A stretch of 20,000 nt of DNA from the NCBI GenBank assembly GCA_001662655.1, contig KV460260.1, one strand, 5' to 3'. Positions within the stretch are counted from its first letter, which is position 1; each line of letters starts with the position of its first letter. Shown piece by piece: positions 1 to 9,800 of the stretch. The notes beneath the pieces are model-generated. The model was not told the DNA's origin. It did no database searches and saw only the letters and a list, made by a program, of their open reading frames with translations. The position numbers were made by a program, and so were the translations under genes. Origin of the DNA: Pseudogymnoascus verrucosus. Taxonomy: Eukaryota.

Positions 1-99
1 AAAACGTTATATGTCAAGGGCCGAGCCGCTTCGGTCGCAAGTAGTGCAGGAAACACCCACAAAGCTTCCATCCTCAGGAGCATCCCATAATCATAGCTC

Positions 100-2319
100 T
101 TAAGTTGGAACCACAAGCATTTCTAATGGTTTCACAACGAAACCATACACTTTTTGTGTAAAAGTTGTATCTTTCCAATTTAGTGTCCCGTTCAAGGGAC
201 AAGATATGCACCACCTGATGATTGGTTCCATCTTTGGTTCCTCTTCCGCGACCATCTCTAACCAGTCAATCGCACAGAGGTAATCGGTACCATCGAGTGC
301 TTTTCCGTCAGAAGATAAATGGGCCTTTCGCAGCGACTGCTGGTTTTCGATCGCTTCACCGAAACAAAGCTCAAGCAGTAACATACCAAGACAGCGGAGA
401 GTTTTGCGTGGATCTATGGGAAGAATCCCAGTAGTATTTGGCTCTTGGGAAACAGAATCGCCTGGCTTTGAGGCGACGAATTTATGACTGATATATGGTT
501 CCTCTGCAAGTATATCAGGCCCTTGGTGGTAGAAGAAAATGTTTTTCTTTTCTAGTTTCTCAGCGAGCCAGGGAGTAGCGTGTAGTTGTAACAGGGAGGA
601 GGCTACAATACTTGCTAACTTGTATCGCTTTTGTCTGCTCAGTTTCAAGTGGCCGTTGCTTGTGAGTAACTTTTCGAGGCTGATTTCCCCTAGACTCGGA
701 GGGGCTTGCCGTGTATCTTTAATCCACCGCACTTCGTGCTCCTGATGCACGTTATCTGAGAGACAACCAAAGAATTCCACATCCGGATCAAGGCCTTTCA
801 TGGCCGAGCACAAGTCTTTGATCTTGATATTGACAAGGGGCTCCTCTTTAGTCAAAGGCGGCGCTGGTGGTGGTGGCGGCGGTGTGACTAGGCAGCTTTG
901 TTGCGAGGCATCTAGACAAGGTTTCGCACCCTGGGCATTTCTAGGTTCTGTTGGCAGGTCGGGTACAAAACGAAGAGTTTTCTTGGGTTTGAATTTTGGC
1001 ATTGATATCAATTTGCTAGAAAGTGTTAGTATCTGATTCCGAAAATATATATAAAGGTTTCCGCAAAATAACTTGCCTTGAGTGTTTATCTACCAAAGTT
1101 CCTGTTCCATCTAGAATCTCGCTCTTTGGAAATATGCTTCTCAAGCTAAAGCTAGATGAGACAGAAGAGGATGATGAACGCAGACCGGGCCGAACTAGAA
1201 GGGTCGGACTGCTGACATCAGGAGGCGATTTTGGCTGAAAGTGGGTCCTCAGTTGAGTTATATATGTCTCTTCAACTAGAACAGGCTGTGTACTCTCTGG
1301 TGTTGGGGTATCTTGTGAATCTTTGGCATAGATGAGTAATTTGCGCCTCGAATTTGCTGAAGTTGGTTCTCGTTGTGGCAGTGCTAAGTTTATGATAAAC
1401 CTCGGCGGGCAATCGCTTGCTTGTCGTTTTTGCAATTGAAGGTTAGCCAAGTGGCTCACTTCGCAATTGCAGTTCCAGCTGTTTTTGATTACAGAGTGTA
1501 GAGTAGCTGCATGGCGTCTGATATTCTCAAACAATTCCCCCCAACTTGTACCGTTTGGAACAGGCTTCATGCCTTCAAAGGTGTCGTTGGTGCCGTCAAG
1601 GAGACGCAAGAGTCTCTCCAAATCCTTGATCTTCTTCTCGAGTGACTGGACGGTCCTTTTCCCATTCTCACTAAAACTAAGCTCGATTCTCTTTAACTGA
1701 TATTTCCATTGGTTCTTCCCAGAAACCGCCCAATCGACCTATGAGTCTCGAGTTAGTTGTGTAGTCACTTAGGTGGCCTTGTACTAATACATACAGTTCC
1801 ATCTTTTAAAGACATCATAGCCTGTAGATCTACCATGTCCTCATTCATTGTTCTTAGAATATCTGCCGCCACATTAGTACAGCAAAAATCCAATTGTAAA
1901 GAGAGAGATAAGGAGCTGTAGGCTGTCTCAGAAGCCTGTATACGACTACCAGGGCATCCTAAAACAAGAGAACAACTTTTAGTACGAGAATAAGACGTAC
2001 CCATGCAAGCATCATGCGCGTTCCCGAGCCGCGACCTCAAGGCCTCAACAACGTCACTCCGGTGCCAGCCTTCATAATTCGCTATCGTTAGCAGCCTCTG
2101 CTTTTCTTCTGGCTCGAGTTGTACTGGGGCCAAAAGATTTATCAGCACCAGCCTGAACATTTGCTTCTGGGTATCAACGGCGGTGATGAACTCCCGGAAG
2201 ACGAGTTTAAATAGTTTCCATCTACGCAATGGCTCAAATCCCTTCTTGTAATGCTCTCCGACGGAGATAATGAGGGGCAATCCTCCTAGGACCAGGCCGA
2301 TGACCTCAACTCCAGACAT
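100..2319 (-). CDS. Gene 1: HeLo/SesA-like N-terminal helical domain + C-terminal pseudokinase-like (DUF7580-type) protein, ~654 aa. Exons 2319-2001, 1862-1795, 1738-1077, 1015-100
   Basis: Three minus-strand ORFs join in frame (1965 nt). Introns: 2000-1863 (GTACGT..CTAAT..CAG), 1794-1739 (GTATGT..CTAAC..TAG), 1076-1016 (GCAAGT..CTAAC..TAG). The N-terminus MSGVEVIGLVLGGLPLIISVGEHY is typical of fungal helical effector domains. The C-terminus RYKLASIVASSLLQLHATPWL..KKNIFF..PYI..LGMLLLELCFG..IIRWC resembles a kinase C-lobe lacking HRD/DFG. Confidence 0.85.
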
Positions 2320-2770
2320 CGCGAGGTTAAATTAGCCTACTTCTTGATAATTTAACGTATTCTTTATATTAAGGCTGAAGAGGCTGAAGAAGAGTTCGCC
2401 TCGATTATCGCGACACTGTATTTCTATCCCTGTCTGCATGCGCCTAATACCGCAGGTGTCACACCACCATTGGTTAAGCACGCGCGAGGCGCCTCATCTC
2501 TTCGAGTTTCTCTCAGCCTTGACAAAGGCTTCTTTGTGAATGCAAATCAAATTTATCTTATCATTCCACAATCCATACCTTCTACATGAGTTGGGGGACA
2601 TACCCGCTTTCCGTCCAACAGAATCCTACGGGACACCTTTAGCGGATCAGTGATCTATACAACCTTCGAGACTAGCGCTGAATGCACTAGCTGGGAGCCT
2701 CTAAACTATTAAAAGGTACTAAAGGTAACCAGCTACCAAACTCGGATTTAAATAAGTGGTCTCTGCCAGG
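2320..2770. promoter_or_regulatory. Shared divergent (bidirectional) promoter region of genes 1 and 2
   Basis: 451 bp between the opposing ATGs at 2319(-) and 2771(+). TATAAA on the minus strand at 2368-2363 and TATTAAA on the plus strand at 2707-2713. Confidence 0.55.
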
Positions 2771-5700
2771 ATGGTGGACCAAGATTCTCCTGCTGGCCCG
2801 TCCCATCCACCGGCGCCTAGTCCCATTTCCTCACAGGCACGGTACTGCCTGAAGCGTTTTGAAACGATATGCGATGAACTACAAAATCTTAAAGAAGAAA
2901 TAGCTATTCAAAATGGATATAACCGGAACGTTGTACTCCTGACGATGCAAGATTCCTGTGCGAAGTTCAAGGCTTGGGGTACTTCCATCGCCGCGTTCCG
3001 AAACGTGCATGTTCCAACTTCTCTCGATTTCCGTCTCAGAGACGCCCTTGAGATTCGCAGCACGCTTTTGGGGGTATTGGAATATCTTGGAGAATATCTA
3101 GACGATGGTTAGTCACACTTGAAAAGACGATATTAGGTTTGACTGATAGGTTTTAGCATATGAGATCATGTTAGGAAACAGTCCCAACCAAGCCGATGAC
3201 GAGTCCATTAGCAGCGATTCGGAGAATGAACCAGAACAAAACGCTAGCAGTAAGGCTCTAAACCCAGCTCAAGAAACCTCGTACCTTCAAGAACTATGCA
3301 TGGCTATCAGTAATTCGAACGCGAGTCTGATGAAACTTTCCATACTCATCCGAAAATCATCAAATCGCGATGACTATCTCAAAGCAGCGTCTCGGTACAG
3401 CACTTGGAATTCAAGTCCGTTCATCAGCCACGTTAGAGAGAAGTACGGATCGGCGAAAGGAAGCAAGGAGTGGTTAGTCGAACGACTAGGGAAAGCTATC
3501 ATGAGACGACGTCAATTCTTGACGTATAGAGAAGAACATCATGGGAAGCTGACCGGCGATTGGGGAGAAGACCTAGATCAAGTTATCGAAGAAAAAGGAC
3601 CAGACACACCGAAGCTAGCAAAGACAGTTGCGTCAACAAAGGCGACCACTTTCATTGTTGATGGTAACTTTTCCAAAACGGAAGTTTCGGAAAATGAAGC
3701 TTCGGACGTTATGGGGGCTTCATTTGGGTCGCAGACCTCTTACGAAGCTACGGAATTCGAGGGGGATGGCACTGCCCCTACTAAACTTACAGTTCCCCCG
3801 CCTCCAAAATGGGCATTTCCGGATGTTCCTTTTGAATACGGGGAGCCTTTCCAATGCCCGTATTGCTATACAGAACAAGAAGTAAATAATAAGGCGGCAT
3901 GGAAGTAAGACGCAAAAGTAAAGGTTTATGTTCGACTTACTGACACTGAAACAGGAAACATATATTCAGAGATCTCAAGCCATATGTGTGTACTTTCGCC
4001 GAATGTGCAATGAGGATGTATCGTAGCAGAAACGAGTGGTTCGCTCACGAAATGCAATGCCATAGTAAGATATCAGCTTTTATTATTTGATCGACATCAT
4101 TTGGTGGAGTTGAAGTATGTCACCCAGACGTCTACTCAAGGATCTCTTTGTCGCTGCTCCTAAACTCTGGTTTTATTTTCTAATGCATTCGTAAAGGGCT
4201 AAAACTAACTCGCCATTCTTTTAGGGCGACAGTGGGTTTGCCAACACTGTCAGCACGCCGCATTTGCTTCTGCATCTGAATTTTCTTGCCATTTAGAAGT
4301 AACACACTCTAAAGTGTTAGAAAACACTCATCTCAAGGCCTTGATACTACAAAGCGAAGAACCTGTTGGCAAAATCAGGTCAAGCGCTTGTCCGCTTTGC
4401 GACGAATGGGAGGTAGACCTAAACAACCTAAACAACCTAAACCAGGACGCAAAGAGACAGCATTTACGTGGAGGGAAAGTTGTGGAACCATATGGGACCA
4501 TTAAGCAATTTCGGAGACATCTTGGACGACACATGGAACAGCTAGCTCTGTTCGCTTTGCCAATTAAAGAAAGCGATGACTTAGAAGGTGACAGCGATGA
4601 CCGAGAAGATGACAGCGAAGACGAGGCAGATGGTCATGGCCCCGAATCTTTTCACGGCGGAAGGGTAGTGCCCTATTTCTGCGACTATCAGAATTGCAAT
4701 GACAGGGAAGGCTTTGATCGGAAAGATCACTGCCTCGAGCACTATCGAGAGTACCACAGCGAAGACCTCGTGAAGGATCAGTGGAGGAATCTCGGCCTGT
4801 TGCTCCAAAAGAGGGATATCATGTCGGTCTGGTGGAGATGCTCGAGATGCTTAAAGAAGAATCAAGCAGAGAGCGGGTGGAAGTGTGGCGGTTGCAGCCA
4901 GATGTGCGAGAAAGTGAGGATTATAGCAAGGGAGACGACCTTATCACCTGTGGAGTCGGAACTGAAGGCTAGACTGTTGAAATTACGGGCTGACATGTCG
5001 AAAAAGGAGGCTGAGGCTGCAGAGTCCAAAGAGGAAGCTAAACCGTTAACATCTGCGACATCGGAAAAAGTTATAGAAAAGATGGAAGCTATTATGTTGC
5101 ACTACCGCACTGCGATCAAGCCAGCTTGTGATCGATTTATCTTCGCACCACAAGCAACAGACATTAAAAAGATGGATCTTGGGCACAAGATGCTATCTGA
5201 GAGACTAATGAATGAAGCGCTTATGAAAATTGATGGCATAGAGACCGAGGGAGACAGTGAAGTACGGCAGAGGAGGAAATCCTTCGTTCTGGAGCTGGAT
5301 ATTGCTTTGAATCAGTTGGATGAAGCAATGCTGATACGGAATGGTTCGATTAAAGAGGTTTCAAGAGATGGACAGGAGGGCGGGGATAACTCATCGAGTT
5401 TGAATCGCGGCAAGCCGACCACTGAGAATAAGGAGGGGGCCTTCAGCTTCGGGTCCGACGATGAGGAGACCAAAGCTCCGGAGCTGGAGCATAGGAGTTT
5501 GCAAGACAAATGGATCAAGCTCCCCAGGGATAGGAATAAGAAGCTTGGCGCTGTGTCCTCGTCCGATGATCCCCCCGCCGAAGAGTCTGTGGTCGTCCTG
5601 GAATCGGAACCGGTACCAGAACCGGTACCAGAACCGGTACCAGAACCGGAACCAAAGCCTCTTGAAGAGGACAGCTGGGGTGGCCCCTGGGGCTCGGCTA

Positions 5701-6299
5701 CGAAGAAAAAGGGGAAGAAGGGGAAGAAGAGAAATTATCCTTCTGAACAGGGCGAAACTGCAAAAACGTCAGAACACCAGCACAGCCTCAACTCGCCTTC
5801 TAGTGCTCAAGCCGATGACAGTTCCATAATAGACAAAACTGAGGACGATAAGCATCAGGGGCGATATTCGATAGACCGATATGTGAAAGACCCAGATTCC
5901 AAGGAAGCTATAGAGCCGGCAGCGGAATCACCAGCAAAGGAAGTGCAGATTCCCCAGGAGACAGACTCGTTAGACCGAGATTTCAAAGAAGCTGTAGAGC
6001 CAGCAGCGGAGTCATCAGCCACGGAAGTGCAGATGCCTCAGGAGCCACCCATTTTACCCCTACGACCTCGAACCCCAACCACCTCGAGGGCTTGGATATG
6101 CAAAGGTTGCGACACAGTCAACCGATCTACAAATAACTGCGCCGCGTGCAGGTACCACAAAACTCAAAGATGGGTCAAGATGATCTTCTGTAATAACTGT
6201 GGTGATGGGCCGTATCGGGCTAATAACAACATTAGCTGCGCACAGTGTTCCCAGTTTTTCGATCAGAACTGTCAGATCAAGTGGGTGCCAGCAAAGTAG
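2771..6299 (+). CDS. Gene 2: multidomain protein, ~1089 aa. N-terminal helical domain, AcuF-like C2H2 zinc-finger region, second C2H2/C4 module, BAG domain, acidic/Lys-rich linker, C-terminal Cys4 zinc ribbons. Exons 2771-3107, 3157-3904, 3955-4064, 4225-6299
   Basis: Introns 3108-3156 (GTTAGT..CTGAT..TAG), 3905-3954 (GTAAGA..CTGAC..CAG) and 4065-4224 (GTAAGA..CTAAC..TAG) give one frame (3270 nt). Splicing restores FQCPYC..WKKHIFRDLKPYVCTF..C..EWFAHEMQCHRRQWVCQHC..H..H..CPLC..HLGRHMEQLALFALP. BAG-like segment: HKMLSERLMNEALMKIDGIETEGDSEVRQRRKSFV. Confidence 0.85.
4418..4443 (+). repeat. Short 9-bp coding tandem repeat (ACCTAAACA) encoding LNNLNNLN
   Basis: acctaaaca acctaaaca acctaaac read directly. 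Confidence 0.85.
5607..5654 (+). repeat. 12-bp coding tandem repeat GAACCGGTACCA x3 plus one variant copy (EPVP repeats)
   Basis: Three identical units followed by GAACCGGAACCA. Confidence 0.95.
5894..6044 (+). repeat. Internal ~67-bp duplication in gene 2 (5894-5960 and 5978-6044)
   Basis: DSKEAIEPAAESPAKEVQIPQE versus DFKEAVEPAAESSATEVQMPQE, offset by 84 nt. Confidence 0.9.
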
Positions 6300-6810
6300 G
6301 TCGCAAGCGAAAAGGCGGGTTGAAGAAGAGAGGAAGGGCGTATTAAAACATCTCAGAGAGAGTAGAAGAACCAAGAAAACCCTGTCATAAACCCCATTTG
6401 GTTTATAGATGAACTAGGGCGGAAGTTCAGCTTCCCTTTTACCTAGGAAGTGACTTCATTATATGAAGGATTATTGATTAAATTAGCTAGGTAACTATTG
6501 CTGGTTGCGTTTGAACTCTTCCCAATTAGTTTCCTAGAGTTTACTGGTGCTGCCTGAATGTCAAGTCAAATATAAAATAATAGCCCACTCGAAACAATCA
6601 CTGAACCGCAAAATTCATCTCCAGGACCCGTAATTGAATTCCTACGAGTCCTATCTCTACATCACCATCAAGAGTCTGTACAAAATCCCAGGCCGTACAT
6701 ATATGACATTCCCCCTCCACCCCGCTCTTCCCACAGCACACAACAATCACGCACGCTAAAATACAAGTCTCGTTAATGTAGTTACCCCTCCATCACATCC
6801 ACACCCACCC

Positions 6811-9800
6811 TCACACCCTCTTCCTCTTCTCCACCGCCCCCTTCAACGCCCTCAATTTCTCCTCCGTAACCCTAATCGCAACATCCATTTCCCTCCCCCC
6901 CTCCAGCGGCGACACCTCCCTCTCCCTCTCCCCACCCCCCACTCCCCCAGCACCTCCCCCCCCCACTCCCCCCTTCCCAACCCTCTCCTCCAACCACTCC
7001 CAAAGCTCACTCTCCTCCCTCCTCCAAACCTCCTCATAAGCAATCATGCGTTCCGCACTCCCCCACCTCTCCACCCCCCTCGCCCCGCCCCTCTCACCAA
7101 ACCCAAACCACGCCGCGACCAACAACCCCACCAGGAGGCCATACACCATATTCGCGCTCCCCATGGACCCGAACACATCCGCCACCGGCCCCAGCACGCC
7201 ATGGAGAGGCTCCAGGAGTCCCCAGTCTGCTGTCTTGGCTGTGGGTTTAGGGGAGCGAGAGGGGGAGGGCGTGGTTTTAGTTGTGGATTTGCGGGTTTTG
7301 CGTCTTTTGCCGCCGGCAGCGGCGCCGGTGGTGCGGGCGGGGTGCGAGATGGCGGTGCGGAGGGCGGAGAGGATGTCGCGCGCGTAGGCGGTTTGGCCGT
7401 CGTTGGCGCCCTTTTCGATGGGGACTAGGGAAGGGGGGGTTAGTATTGTGTGTGTTTACTAGAGGGAAAAAAAGGGGCGGGGGACATACCTCGTAACCAA
7501 CTCTTCCCAGTCCACTCAATCGTACAATTCATCTGCAGCCTCGTCCCGCCTCCCTCAGCCCACGAAAGACAGTACTTCGTCTTGGTGGTGAATACATTCC
7601 CGCTCGGTACATCCGGCGTCTGCGTCGATACCGTGATGCTAACGGCCTTCTCGAGATCCAGCGCGTCTAGCGTCTCGGTGATGACGCATTTTGTCTGACG
7701 TGGGCCGATCGAGCCGTTCAGGGGTTTGATGTATGAGAACGTGCGCGTCTTCGTGTCGTTCGTGAGACCGCGCTTATCCTCCATCGACAGCTCGGTGCAC
7801 TTCTGATCCACCGTCAGCCAACGCGACATCCATGATGCGGATGCCGGGCCGAACATGAGGTTGTAGACCTTGCCTAGCGGCGCGGGGATAACCTCGTCCG
7901 CGAGGATTTTGTCGTAGTGCGTGTCCTGGTCCGAGCACTCCGTTGGGGCATGCGTTGCAGGACCAGGCGCGTCACTGCCAACTGGACTTCCCTCCTTTTT
8001 CTCAGCTCCGGAGCCATTGACAGCTCCAGAGGCCTTGCGAGGTACGGGCTTTTCAGGCGACCCTTCAGACTGCGCGAAGCTACCAGAGCGCGCGGAGAAA
8101 CTGAGTGCGTCGTCACCATCGTCGTCCTCGTCGTAGACACCATCTTCCGTCGTATCAGACTCGGATCCAGAGCCACCGCTCACGCTCGCGCAGTCGTCTT
8201 TCTCGGTTTTATCCCCTCCACCGGGCTCGTCGATGCGGACCCCATTCAGAGAGGAGCGCAGGCTGGGGTGGCCGAGCTTCCAGATGTCGATTATGAGGTC
8301 GTAGGTGGAGTCGCGGCTCGTGAAGGAGGCGAAGATGTTCTTGCTGTGTAGGGTGGAGATCATGAGTCCGTTCTTGAAGACTAGAGCTGTGCTGCGCTTT
8401 TCGACGGAGACGATCTCGTCGAAGCTCATTACGAGGGTTGTCACCCATCCGAAGATGTTACTGCTGAAGCAGAGGTGGCCTTCGGAGACGTAGAGACGAC
8501 CGTGTGCGAGAATCTCGCGCTGTAGAGCACAGCTGTAGTCTTCGATCAGGTAGTCATCGTCAGGAACGCTACGGAAGAGCTGATGGAAATCGCGGTTTCG
8601 CTTCTTGCTCGCCACGGCGAAACCAGTCACCTTCGGCGTTGCTGCTGCGCCTGTCGCCATTCCAGCTCCGAGGGTCGTCCCCGTCGCTGCAGAACTGCCG
8701 CGTTTCCGGCGTGTGGATTCCCGAAGGGCACTGCGGATGCTGTTGCTCCTGCCTATGCCTGTCCTTCCTTCGAACACGCTCCCGTTCTGTGGGCTGTGAT
8801 CACCAGCAACACTAGGCTCAAAGGCAGGCCATGGCTTTGTACCCAGCCCCTCGCCATTCATCGGTGGTAGGTCCACCTTCTCCGCTGTGAGGAGGGGGCT
8901 GGCAGCGCCCGAACGTGCGGTTTCTTCTGGCCCCATTGTCGCTGCACGGCCCCTGTTCAACTGGTTCTCATTAAACTTCGCTGCTGTAGGAGTATTCGAA
9001 GCGCTAGTTGATTCGACAATTCCGAGATGGCTTAGACTGAGATCTCCCATGCCCAGCGTCTTCACAGCTGGCTCCTTAGCCTCCGAATCACTCCTTATCC
9101 TGTTGTCGTCTATAGATTCCACCTCAACGTCATCCATAGGTGTTGTGACAATCGTTTCCTGTGTATTGCTCCTTGTCCTCTGTTGTCCCGGTAGGGTAGT
9201 GTTTATGCTATTGGTCAAGGTGTTCGCTGCGTTCTGCGCCGCTGAGAAGACAGATGAGAAGAAGCCGGTCTGCTGTGTGTTCCCAGGGGTGACAGATCCG
9301 TTCTCCGGCGTTGGCGTGAGAGGTGCCGACGTGATATTCGACAGCTTGCTCGGCCCTATACTATTTCCGCTCGCTAATGATCCTGAGCGTATGCGTCTGT
9401 GTGATATCATGTTCCCCGACGGGGACGTCACCACATTCGGATTCGTCGAGATCGGCGAGCCGGAGAAGCGCGGTGAGGCAGTCTCGGTTGGTGTCGGGGG
9501 AGTATTGACTATAGCCGGCGCAGGCGCAGCATTCTCTATAGTTGTGGGAGGTGTGCTGGGTCGGCCATTCGTCTCTATCATGTATGGGACTTTCGGGTTC
9601 TTCAGTCGCTCAGGGGACGCTCGCACCTCTGGCGACTGTTGCGGCGATTGCCTGTCAGGAAAGATAGAACCCAGTCTTGCTGCGACGCTTCCCCGCCTGT
9701 TTATAATAGTGGTCGACTCCTTCTCCTTGCGCACTGGTGTGGAGGCTTTCGATTTCCGCTCCGGACTGGAGCTCGGACTGGGTGCCTGGCGCGGTGTGAA

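Noticed and set aside
1950..1958. Possible 9-nt microexon inside intron 1 of gene 1
   Set aside because: The branch point (CTAAA) and donor (GTAGTC) are weak, and the single-intron model already keeps the frame.
100..2319. Three separate ORFs or a frameshifted pseudogene
   Set aside because: Three introns with good branch points join them into one intact frame.
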